A stretch of 45,426 nucleotides of DNA from a virus. Taxonomy: Duplodnaviria; Heunggongvirae; Uroviricota; Caudoviricetes. Position 1 is the first letter of the stretch. Each line of letters starts with the position of its first letter. This document shows, piece after piece, positions 25,985 to 33,994 of this stretch. The stretch is taken from the IMG/VR virus record IMGVR_UViG_2595698887_000001; one strand, 5' to 3'. The notes under the pieces were generated by a model. That model saw only the letters and a program-made list of their open reading frames with translations. It searched no databases and was not told the DNA's origin. The position numbers and the translations under genes are program-made.

Positions 25985-27166
25985 TTAGATACAGTGGATG
26001 AAGTTACGACCATACGGTAACCCGATTGGGGCAAAGGGGATATCATCGTCGAAGTCCATTGGAGGAGCATCGTCGAAATCAACAGGCGGTGCCTCAACCG
26101 TACCGCTCAGAGGCTCCTGTACGGGCTGTGACGGCTTCTGAGCTTCTTCCTGCGCGGTTGCACTGGCATAGGCATAGAACGTCGCTGCAAGGGCATACGC
26201 TTCGCGTGTTGCCTTCTCAAGTTCCTCTGCGTCGATAGTCTTGCCTTTAACAGCAATTGTCGTTACAGCAAACTTAACCGCATTGCCAACCGTCTGACCG
26301 ACATCCTTACCTTCAGTCTCTGACAGTTCTTTGATCAGTTTGGTTGTGACATCATGCACCACCTTACCAGCAGCCTCTACATCACCCTTAAAGCCGGAGA
26401 GCTTCAGGTTAACAAGGGCATTCATAGCATGACCAGCAGACACGCCGACAGGATCATAAGGTGTACGCTTACCTTTACCACCTGCTCCACCACCTTGACC
26501 AACAGGGCCATAAGCCTTGAAGCTATTGATGATATTGCCAGTTCCCAGATCAACGAATGCCGCCAGACGACCACCTACAGATACTTCTGCCAGTTGCTCA
26601 TCAGAGAGGACTACACGACCCTCGCCCTGTTTCTCATCGTTCACAACTGCAACGTTGCCTTCGATAGACAGGATTTCACCGTAGATCTTAGCACCCTTTC
26701 CACCGCCAGACTGTGCAGGAGCACTTGACTGCTGAGGGGCGGCATCTGCCGGGGCGTCAACCAGGATCTTGATGTCCTTCTTCTTGCCCTGATAAGAGGT
26801 ATTGGTTTTACCATCTTTCTCATAGGTCTGTTTCTGCACTGGATAGATGGAGATCTCTGCACCCGGTAATAGATCTTTATAGCTACCGTCAGCCTGCTTC
26901 ACCTGGAACTGGTTTTCGTATTTCAGGTTCTTAACTTCACCTTCACCGAAAGACACAAACTCATCAACGCCACCTGCGGTAAGCAGGATAGAGTAGCGGT
27001 GAGTTGAGGAAATAGTTTTCCCCGCATTAGGACCCTTGTTGATGTGGGTTACCTTAGCAGAACCATCAGCGTTGATACGCTTGATGAATACACGCTTGAT
27101 CACACCTTTAGCTTTCAGTGCAACAGAATCATCAGCCGGGTTCACTACTTCAGTAATTACGCTCAT
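25985..27166 (-). CDS. Putative single-stranded DNA-binding protein
   Basis: 393 aa from ATG 27166 (SD AAGGAG). Beta-rich N-terminal domains, Pro/Gln linker, PPMDFDDDIPF acidic tip plus a 15-aa extension. Confidence 0.65.
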   Translation of the reverse strand: MSVITEVVNPADDSVALKAKGVIKRVFIKRINADGSAKVTHINKGPNAGKTISSTHRYSILLTAGGVDEFVSFGEGEVKNLKYENQFQVKQADGSYKDLLPGAEISIYPVQKQTYEKDGKTNTSYQGKKKDIKILVDAPADAAPQQSSAPAQSGGGKGAKIYGEILSIEGNVAVVNDEKQGEGRVVLSDEQLAEVSVGGRLAAFVDLGTGNIINSFKAYGPVGQGGGAGGKGKRTPYDPVGVSAGHAMNALVNLKLSGFKGDVEAAGKVVHDVTTKLIKELSETEGKDVGQTVGNAVKFAVTTIAVKGKTIDAEELEKATREAYALAATFYAYASATAQEEAQKPSQPVQEPLSGTVEAPPVDFDDAPPMDFDDDIPFAPIGLPYGRNFIHCI

Positions 27167-27179
27167 TCTCTCTCCTTTA

Positions 27180-27530
27180 TTACTTAGTTTCTTCAGTCTG
27201 GGTTTCAGTATTAACACCCAGAAGTCTATCAACAATCAGGTCTTCAACCTGGCTCAACAGGTTCATCGCAAAAGAGGATGCACCGTTCAGTTGCAGCAGG
27301 TTATTACGATGACCACGAACCCATGCTAAAGCGTCTTCAACAGTGCCGTATTGACCGCTGTTGATAACTTTGAGCATTTCATCACGCATACGATCAGACC
27401 CGATGAATTGACTCATCTGAGCGCCAGCGCTTGAAAGAAATACAACGGTTCCGAACTGAGCCTCATCGAGGTCAAGGAAGTGTAGTTGTTCAGGTTGTTT
27501 GTCGATAGGGGTTACATCTTCAGTCATCAA
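27180..27530 (-). CDS. Hypothetical protein co-transcribed with the SSB-like gene
   Basis: 116 aa, SD GGAGG; first gene after the promoter at 27555-27583. Confidence 0.75.
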   Translation of the reverse strand: MMTEDVTPIDKQPEQLHFLDLDEAQFGTVVFLSSAGAQMSQFIGSDRMRDEMLKVINSGQYGTVEDALAWVRGHRNNLLQLNGASSFAMNLLSQVEDLIVDRLLGVNTETQTEETK

Positions 27531-27554
27531 TCCTCCATTTATGAGTGAACGGGT

Positions 27555-27583
27555 ATATTACCCGTTTACACTCGGTATGTCAA
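27555..27583 (-). promoter_or_regulatory. sigma70 promoter overlapped by an inverted repeat
   Basis: TTGACA-17 nt-TAATAT. Palindrome AACGGGTA-TAT-TACCCGTT at 27548-27566. Confidence 0.75.
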
Positions 27584-27589
27584 TAGCTT

Positions 27590-27796
27590 TTAGCGCTTTT
27601 TCTTCAGCTTTTCAATGATGCTCGCAACACCCGCCACCCCAAAAACACCAAGGATGAAAAGCACGATCACACCGATAATAAAGGCAATACCGAAGTAAAG
27701 CGGCAGAAGAACAAGCCACCAAGACCACGCGATCACACCACACAGTTTGAGTGTGATGAATACCAGCGCTAATAGCGCCATAAAACCAATTTTCAT
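27590..27796 (-). CDS. Small membrane protein
   Basis: 68 aa. LVFITLKLCGVIAWSWWLVLLPLY is a common phage membrane motif; basic C-terminus. Confidence 0.75.
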   Translation of the reverse strand: MKIGFMALLALVFITLKLCGVIAWSWWLVLLPLYFGIAFIIGVIVLFILGVFGVAGVASIIEKLKKKR

Positions 27797-27811
27797 TTTA
27801 TCTCCTATTGG

Positions 27812-28024
27812 TTACGGATACATCCACGATGGGATAGAGGAACTTCCGACAACAACAGAGCCGGAAGTTGCATGAGCACTTAATAGACTGCCGTCCTCCA
27901 CATCTATTACCAGCGGTCTCTGTGTTGTGGCCTGTAGGCCGCAGCATGAACACTCGATATTCTTAACATAGTCCTCAACCACAGCCTCTGTTTTGTGCAG
28001 ATGAGGACACCAAAAAGTTGTCAT
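27812..28024 (-). CDS. Hypothetical Cys-containing protein
   Basis: 70 aa from ATG 28024; CPHLH and CSCC; fills the gap between neighbours. Start uncertain. Confidence 0.45.
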   Translation of the reverse strand: MTTFWCPHLHKTEAVVEDYVKNIECSCCGLQATTQRPLVIDVEDGSLLSAHATSGSVVVGSSSIPSWMYP

Positions 28025-28029
28025 CTGTT

Positions 28030-28602
28030 TCAATCGCAACTCCCGCTGTAAGAAGAGCTTGAATCGCAAGACGAATACGAATCGTTGCTGCTTGAGTGAC
28101 TCGATGTATGATGTGTGTATGTGTCGCTGATCGTTGTTGTGTTGATGAACACAGCATCATCATTTCGACGACGATAACTATCATCATCAGAAACAACACG
28201 GCTCCGTGGTGGTGCTGGAGGAGCAGGTGGCCTGTTCTTAGACGCAGTTACTGCTCTCTTTAACTCTTCTGCCTTCAATGGCTTTGCATTGGGTCCAGGA
28301 GATGTTTTAACGGCTGTATTTGCTCGCTCCACATCTTCCTTCATCCACTCCCTGATACGTTCTTCCCGGCCCTCTGTGACCAGCTTCATTTTGGCAACAT
28401 CTTCAACCGCCCGTCGAGCTATATCACTAAGCTCTTCCTTTGAAAGAGGTCGCAGTTTGTATTCATAGTCGCCATTTGGGTCACGACCCTTTAAGATCTT
28501 AACCTCAGAGGTTTGAGACACCGTGGTTGTGTTCCCATTCCCAACAGTAACAATGGTGTTGCCACCGAAGATACCCGCTAACCACTTAAAGAATTTACCC
28601 AT
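28030..28602 (-). CDS. Hypothetical protein with Pro-rich and Ser-rich C-terminal tail
   Basis: 190 aa; amphipathic N-terminus; ends SSHSSSNDSYSSCDSSSSYSGSCD. Confidence 0.75.
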   Translation of the reverse strand: MGKFFKWLAGIFGGNTIVTVGNGNTTTVSQTSEVKILKGRDPNGDYEYKLRPLSKEELSDIARRAVEDVAKMKLVTEGREERIREWMKEDVERANTAVKTSPGPNAKPLKAEELKRAVTASKNRPPAPPAPPRSRVVSDDDSYRRRNDDAVFINTTTISDTYTHHTSSHSSSNDSYSSCDSSSSYSGSCD

Positions 28603-28898
28603 TATTGCTCCCGCATCTCAAGAATTTCTGTGATGGATGGTACGGCGTGAACACCAACCTGTGTCAGTAAGTCTTTAAAGAACTTATAGATGAAAAGCCC
28701 TTCTTGACTTGTGTGATGCCACTGGTCAATAGCGAAAACCCTTCTACCTTCCTCTGACCACATATACTTATAGCAAATCTCCTTTGCTTCATTACGGTCA
28801 ACACCTAGAAGCTGTGCGAAGACCCCGTGCGGGTCACTGTGTGGTGCGCCATAGGCTGCTGACCAAGCGTTGCCTACATCGGTATCATACTTACTCAT
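28602..28898 (-). CDS. Hypothetical protein
   Basis: 98 aa with overlapping start/stop junctions; contains DPH...RNEAKEICY. Confidence 0.75.
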   Translation of the reverse strand: MSKYDTDVGNAWSAAYGAPHSDPHGVFAQLLGVDRNEAKEICYKYMWSEEGRRVFAIDQWHHTSQEGLFIYKFFKDLLTQVGVHAVPSITEILEMREQ

Positions 28899-29178
28899 AA
28901 AACTCCTCCAGAACTTTCCAGATTGTATTCAGTTCCCCACCAGACATCAAGCTCCAGATTACCATGTCCTGATAACCCTTACGGCAAACATCTATCTGAC
29001 GGAAAGCTCGATGGAACTCAGCAGGACTATCGTACTCGACTGGCAAGTTGTCCACATTATCCTGGAAGTATTGCAGAACCAACTTCTCCTCCAGGTTGGG
29101 GAGTTCCACACCTGTCTCTAAACTTTTTTCGTACATCCTTACAAATTTCTCACCAGTACGTTCTGACTTCATAACCAT
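28891..29178 (-). CDS. Hypothetical protein
   Basis: 95 aa, operon-packed. Confidence 0.65.
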   Translation of the reverse strand: MVMKSERTGEKFVRMYEKSLETGVELPNLEEKLVLQYFQDNVDNLPVEYDSPAEFHRAFRQIDVCRKGYQDMVIWSLMSGGELNTIWKVLEEFYE

Positions 29179-29540
29179 TCGCCAGTCTCCATTTGTTTTG
29201 GTGTCAGGGTTTTCACATTGTTGTCATCAACTGGTGCGAACCCAACCACAGGCTTGAAGCAACGCTCTTTCTGTGCATCGAACACATAGAACGCCTCTAC
29301 CGCCGCAGGCTTAGAGCACGTTGTCCAGTGACGCTTATACATCCCGTACCCATCAAGATAGGTCCCAAGGAAGTTAAACAACGTACCACCAACACCGACC
29401 ATTAGCGCGATTGCAACGACATATCCTTTCCACGTACTCCGGAAAGCGGCAACTAAAGCCCAAAGCAACATCATTGCATACATAATAACGCCTGGAACCC
29501 AGTTGTTGTGCATGGCGAGCCATTCCCAAAATCCAATCAT
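29169..29540 (-). CDS. Membrane protein
   Basis: 123 aa, two N-terminal TM helices then a CxC-containing domain; SD GGAGG. Confidence 0.7.
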   Translation of the reverse strand: MIGFWEWLAMHNNWVPGVIMYAMMLLWALVAAFRSTWKGYVVAIALMVGVGGTLFNFLGTYLDGYGMYKRHWTTCSKPAAVEAFYVFDAQKERCFKPVVGFAPVDDNNVKTLTPKQMETGEWL

Positions 29541-29543
29541 TCC

Positions 29544-30113
29544 TTATCCTCCAAAAGATGAGCGACTGCTCACAGAGCTACCAAAACCACCACGAGAAGA
29601 TGTGGTGCTACGAGAAACCGTTGTACGAGGAGACTGCACTGTTGGCTTTGCAGCAGAGCTTGTCACCTTGAACGTTTGACCAGGACGTGCATTGTAGCTA
29701 CGGAACTTGTTGTCCATATACTGACCTGAACGATCCTGATACAGCGGTGCTGAATGATAACCGGAATTCATGCTGTTACCCATCATGTACCCCATCATCA
29801 ACGGCATCCACGAAGAACCACCATCTGAACTGCTTGGGTTGTGTCGGCACTGATCACCGAACTCAGCGTAGCAGTCAGAGTAAGTAGCATAGCGCGGTGC
29901 TGTTTCATTTGCAACCTTTTCTGCTTCTTGTCTTGCTGCACGACACTGATCCGGTTTGTGCGTGTCTGCAATACACTCATCAACATTTTTGTACATCTTC
30001 ATGTCAATGTCTGCTTGCTCACAACCTGCAACCGTGATTGCCACCGCAAAAGGCAGGGCATAGCGCCCCACCTTCCGGAAAGCATTCTTATTGATATGCT
30101 TTGTTCTTTTCAC
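29544..30113 (-). CDS. ygiB: YgiB-like lipoprotein (DUF1190)
   Basis: MKRTK...FRK, lipobox-like VAGC, APRYAT..DC.AEFG..C, WMPLMMGYMMG and SRGGFG all parallel enterobacterial YgiB (recalled). Confidence 0.85.
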   Translation of the reverse strand: MKRTKHINKNAFRKVGRYALPFAVAITVAGCEQADIDMKMYKNVDECIADTHKPDQCRAARQEAEKVANETAPRYATYSDCYAEFGDQCRHNPSSSDGGSSWMPLMMGYMMGNSMNSGYHSAPLYQDRSGQYMDNKFRSYNARPGQTFKVTSSAAKPTVQSPRTTVSRSTTSSRGGFGSSVSSRSSFGG

Positions 30114-30127
30114 TTATCCACCCTTAC

Positions 30128-30307
30128 CTAAACTAATGAGGGCATCACTGCAACCAGTGCGCCAGCGACCATCCCGATAAACATGCCGCCACCAACTAAC
30201 CAACCAAAATCCCCTGTTCCAAACTTGAGGCCACCGCAGAACGCCGTAAGCACAGAACAGACAGTAATTAAAAGAAATACACTTATGAATACCAGAACCT
30301 GTTTCAT
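30128..30307 (-). CDS. Small two-TM membrane protein (absent from the ORF track)
   Basis: 59 aa, MKQVLVFISVFLLITVCSVL...GMFIGMVAGALVAVMPSLV. ATGA overlap with the pnuC stop; SD GAGG. Confidence 0.65.
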   Translation of the reverse strand: MKQVLVFISVFLLITVCSVLTAFCGGLKFGTGDFGWLVGGGMFIGMVAGALVAVMPSLV

Positions 30308-31011
30308 TTTGATCCCTCTTTACGCCACTTGTAAGCACCATACACAGAGTTTAGCAGGAAAGTGACCCACATTGCAAGGTTTGCTGCTCCAGCACCTTCG
30401 TGGTGTAACGTCAGGTTAACCCACATACCCACCGCAACGATATTCACGATGATCCACACATACCACTGTTCGGCATAACGAGTCATCATTAAGTATGTTG
30501 CCAGCACTGACAAAATGGCTGTCGCTGCATCAGGGCCGGGTAAGGAGCCTTTCAACAGGGAGATACCCTCTGCATACAAACCAATCACGATCAGTGTACC
30601 AATACCCACCAACCAGCGTTGTTTTGTGGTCAGATAGTTCTTGATAACGTCTGCACGTTCACCGTCAGCAGAAACGTTCAGCTTACGCGCCCAGATAATC
30701 CCACCGATTACCTGCATCGGGGTGAATAGGACGGTATACATGATCGTTTCTCCATACAGTTTGTACGTGAATGACACATACGCATACAGCACTGTTGCGA
30801 TGAAGCCCCAATAGTAACTGGAAAGTTTACCTTTCGCAACCAAAATCGCACCAACGATACCAGTTACGGAAGAGATAAACTCCACCATCGTACCACCAGT
30901 CACAATAGAGACTGTCGCGATGGATGCGGAACAGATCAGAAGCCAGAGGTATTCAAGTTTTGTCCAACCATAGAAGTCTGTCCAGGTTGTTTTTACGTAT
31001 AGATTCATCAT
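30304..31011 (-). CDS. pnuC: Nicotinamide riboside transporter PnuC
   Basis: 235 aa from ATG 31011 (SD AGGAG). Multi-pass; LVAKGKLSSYYWG, YKLYGE and MMTRYAEQWYVWIIVNIV motifs. Confidence 0.85.
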   Translation of the reverse strand: MMNLYVKTTWTDFYGWTKLEYLWLLICSASIATVSIVTGGTMVEFISSVTGIVGAILVAKGKLSSYYWGFIATVLYAYVSFTYKLYGETIMYTVLFTPMQVIGGIIWARKLNVSADGERADVIKNYLTTKQRWLVGIGTLIVIGLYAEGISLLKGSLPGPDAATAILSVLATYLMMTRYAEQWYVWIIVNIVAVGMWVNLTLHHEGAGAANLAMWVTFLLNSVYGAYKWRKEGSK

Positions 31012-31031
31012 GTAATCTTTTCTCCTGTTGT

Positions 31032-31262
31032 TTATCGGATACGAACTTCGTCTAACGAGATAGACTTTAGCCCATATTTTTCTGGTTGTCCAGCAAATTC
31101 TTCTTCGGTGTAGCAAAAAGACCAAGAACTCCCACGGGCATCAAACATCTCAAATCTGGCATCATACGGATGACGAGCCTCGATGCAGACGTAGAAGTTT
31201 CCGAGAGACATACCATCCTTCGTCTGTTGGTTCATACCGAAGGTGAAGTAGTATTTATTCAT
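31032..31262 (-). CDS. Hypothetical protein
   Basis: 76 aa from ATG 31262 (SD AGGAGG); YYFTFG motif common in phage proteins. Confidence 0.7.
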   Translation of the reverse strand: MNKYYFTFGMNQQTKDGMSLGNFYVCIEARHPYDARFEMFDARGSSWSFCYTEEEFAGQPEKYGLKSISLDEVRIR

Positions 31263-31542
31263 GATTTCCACCTCCTGCCCGGCGCACTACAATTCGGCAC
31301 TCTTCCATGAGGCTATTTGTGTGGTCTTCTGGTATGTTTGCCTTGATACGCCATGCTTCATACTCTGCCAGCAAACGCTCCATACAACTTAGTAAATCAG
31401 GTGAGGCAGCAATAAGTCTTGCATTGGCGCGGGTTTCTTCATAACCAACAAGACAACACTTTGCAATTTTTATTTCATGCAGAATTCCAGTTCCAACCTC
31501 AGACCCATCGTTTGACCAAGGGCCGGGTGTGTGTTTAGCCAT
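31255..31542 (-). CDS. HTPGPW-family hypothetical protein
   Basis: MAKHTPGPW...ANARLIAASPDLL, a widespread phage family. Confidence 0.75.
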   Translation of the reverse strand: MAKHTPGPWSNDGSEVGTGILHEIKIAKCCLVGYEETRANARLIAASPDLLSCMERLLAEYEAWRIKANIPEDHTNSLMEECRIVVRRAGGGNHE

Positions 31543-31873
31543 TTTGACTCCTTTGTTTAGCCCATTCAATTGCCGCAAGTATCACGTCGCAGTGACATGC
31601 TACTTCTTTGTTCGGCTGTTTACAGAAGCATACAAGGTCTTTACCGTCCAAGTCAAGCAGATCTTGAATAGTTATTTTGCCTACGCGGATCTGTTGCCAT
31701 AACCAGACACGATATCTTTCAATTGTGGCCCCACGAGGCTCATCTTTCGACAGCTTGAATGGATTGGCAAACTTGGATTGTTTCAGGCCGAGGTGGGGCA
31801 TTGCTCGCCCCATGTACTCAGCATTCTCAGGTATCACTTTACCGATATGGTAGAAGTTGAGCACCTTAGCCAT
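31535..31873 (-). CDS. DUF4326-like protein
   Basis: YMGR...SKFANPF...IERYRVWL...LDGKDLVCFC...CHCDVI motif set. Confidence 0.75.
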   Translation of the reverse strand: MAKVLNFYHIGKVIPENAEYMGRAMPHLGLKQSKFANPFKLSKDEPRGATIERYRVWLWQQIRVGKITIQDLLDLDGKDLVCFCKQPNKEVACHCDVILAAIEWAKQRSQNG

Positions 31874-32297
31874 TTTTATCCATCCGGCTATGAAGCTCTG
31901 CTGACATTTCCTTGACCCACTGAGTGATTGAAACACCCTCATACTCATCTGTTAAGCTGGAGTCTTTCAGCAACCAAATGATCGCATTGCGAAGATGCTC
32001 ATCCGACATATGGGTGATCCGGACAACATTTCCCTCTTGGGTTTTCCAGACCAGAATCTGCTCTTGCTTTTCAGGCTTTGGAAGCACATCATACCCAGCA
32101 GGGGCAATCATAATGCCGTTGCAACCACACAGGCAGCGAGTGATCATCTTTTCCTGCTCCAGTTGCGTGAGAGAGATATCCACAACCATAGGACTGAGGC
32201 CCAGTGCCTCTTCGATCACGTAGTGAAAAGTCCATGCTTCAGTCTTCTCCAGATCCTCTTTCAAAAACTGGAGGATTAATAGATTAACGCGATCCAT
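31866..32297 (-). CDS. Hypothetical protein with possible N-terminal winged HTH
   Basis: 143 aa. IEEALGLSPMVVDISLTQLEQEKMITR; C-terminal WKTQEG...MSDEHLRNAI motif. Confidence 0.65.
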   Translation of the reverse strand: MDRVNLLILQFLKEDLEKTEAWTFHYVIEEALGLSPMVVDISLTQLEQEKMITRCLCGCNGIMIAPAGYDVLPKPEKQEQILVWKTQEGNVVRITHMSDEHLRNAIIWLLKDSSLTDEYEGVSITQWVKEMSAELHSRMDKNG

Positions 32298-32298
32298 C

Positions 32299-33372
32299 TT
32301 ATTCTCCTTTAATATTCAGCAATTTACGGACAGCTTCTTCTGCTTGTTTGATCCTATCTTCGTAACTGTTGCCTTGAATGGCTACTACTTGGCACTTATT
32401 ATAATAGTAGTTGACCATACATTCAAGCGTTCTGTTAGTTTCTTCTCGTTTTTCTGGCGTATCTTGTAAACGCAGGGGATCTGCAACCCACGGAACCTCT
32501 GGAGTGAGGTACAGAATGAGATCGTAAAAATTCTCTCCCTCTTCAAGATTCAAAGCGTGGAACAGTCTGTCGCCGTGCTCAATCTTACCCGCACAGATAC
32601 CGGAGAAGTGCGTGATCAGGTTTGTGGTGTCGGAGAACATCACCCCGCGATCACCCCACCCAGCCACCTCCATCTCCTTCAGGCGATGCTCCATTGCAAT
32701 ACGCAGGTAATCCTCACGGGTCATTGCAAACTCGCTTGAATGATACTCACGCTCACAAATCAGTCTTCCGATCTCAGGAATCCAGGCAGCGCCGAATGTG
32801 TGCGCTAAGTGTTCGGTCATGGTGGTTTTTCCCGTGCTTTCTACACCGATGATAGCTACCTTCTTAATGAAGCGCTTACGTGCAGGCCACGACAAGTGGT
32901 AGAAATTCTTGTACGGGTCATTACGGATCATCGTGGCAGAAATGGGGACAGCTTTACGTTCTGCGTCGATAACAACATGCTTCGCTTCAGGGAAGAACTC
33001 ACTGAAGTAAGACTCATACTCCGGCTCAGAAGAGAAAGCAAAGTCGTACTTAACGAACGGCTGCTTTTCACGGATCAGTTTTGCGTATGCGGCACCGCCT
33101 TCAGGGTATCCTGGGATGTTCGACTCATCAACGTAGTCAACCTTCACGTTGTCCAAGCCCTCATCGGCAATAACATCCAGCAGGTCACGATAGCGATCAG
33201 CAAGCCCCAACTTTGGACGAATCCACCCTGGTTGTGCATCTACAAATTTCTGATCATAGGACAGGAACAGGTACAGAACACTTACCTGAGATGCAGCTTT
33301 GACAATGAAATTAATATGCCCGTTAGTCAGTGGCGCAAATTTTCCGAAGATGAGGCCGCGCGTCATAGTCAT
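32299..33372 (-). CDS. nadR: NadR-like NMN adenylyltransferase / ribosylnicotinamide kinase
   Basis: FGKFAPLTNGH (T/HxGH), VPISATMIR, Walker A GVESTGKTT, FSDTT and WVADPLR; no N-terminal HTH. Confidence 0.9.
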   Translation of the reverse strand: MTMTRGLIFGKFAPLTNGHINFIVKAASQVSVLYLFLSYDQKFVDAQPGWIRPKLGLADRYRDLLDVIADEGLDNVKVDYVDESNIPGYPEGGAAYAKLIREKQPFVKYDFAFSSEPEYESYFSEFFPEAKHVVIDAERKAVPISATMIRNDPYKNFYHLSWPARKRFIKKVAIIGVESTGKTTMTEHLAHTFGAAWIPEIGRLICEREYHSSEFAMTREDYLRIAMEHRLKEMEVAGWGDRGVMFSDTTNLITHFSGICAGKIEHGDRLFHALNLEEGENFYDLILYLTPEVPWVADPLRLQDTPEKREETNRTLECMVNYYYNKCQVVAIQGNSYEDRIKQAEEAVRKLLNIKGE

Positions 33373-33641
33373 TTGTTTTTCTCCATTTCTTCAACAGCGT
33401 TTGTGAGGATAATCACTTGCTGTTCCATTTTAGAAACTGCCACTTGCAACTCTGCAATTTTCACTTCAATTTCTGCTGCCTCTTTCTTCGCCTTTGCTCT
33501 TTCCAGACCCTGTTTGTAGGCATCCAGCATATCAGTATTGCCTGCATCTGTGATCCTTTTTGCCAAGGTATCCGTATAAAACTCCGTTGCTTGTGCAGAG
33601 CAAGAAAGTGCGAGTAACGCGGCAAGGATAATCTTTTTCAT
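33369..33641 (-). CDS. Putative secreted coiled-coil protein
   Basis: MKKIILAALLALSCSAQA signal-peptide pattern. Confidence 0.7.
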   Translation of the reverse strand: MKKIILAALLALSCSAQATEFYTDTLAKRITDAGNTDMLDAYKQGLERAKAKKEAAEIEVKIAELQVAVSKMEQQVIILTNAVEEMEKNK

Positions 33642-33643
33642 GA

Positions 33644-33961
33644 TCAACCCTTCTGGCATTTGTAGACTTGTGACACACGAGTCACAGACTTTTTGGTTGG
33701 ATTGATAGATGACCCCTGATACCAGCGAGACTCTTCGCTCAGAACATTACCTACCTGAGCATCCTTTTTAGGGATCACGGTGTCGATACAGGTTTCCCCC
33801 ATGCTGTCCTTCATGTGGGACCAAATGCTCAGAGAGAAACGCTCGATCTTATTGCAGACCTCAACCTTGCACATAGGTTCGGTTTGGAAATCCTCATCTT
33901 CTTCCGCATGGGCGGTTGCAACAAAAGCCATAGTCAGCAGAGCAATAGTTAATTTTTTCAT
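33644..33961 (-). CDS. Putative secreted Cys-containing protein
   Basis: MKKLTIALLTMAFVATAHA signal peptide; four Cys. Confidence 0.75.
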   Translation of the reverse strand: MKKLTIALLTMAFVATAHAEEDEDFQTEPMCKVEVCNKIERFSLSIWSHMKDSMGETCIDTVIPKKDAQVGNVLSEESRWYQGSSINPTKKSVTRVSQVYKCQKG

Positions 33962-33994
33962 TTGAATCTCCTCTTGAGATTATTTGTTCAGGGT

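Noticed and set aside
25988-25999. IHCI / CaaX-like lipidation signal at the SSB C-terminus
   Set aside because: Cys is not four residues from the end, the primase copy has no Cys, and bacteria lack CaaX prenyltransferases.
32809-33519. 236-aa plus-strand ORF antisense to nadR
   Set aside because: Shadow frame of a codon-biased real gene; no SD or recognisable motif.
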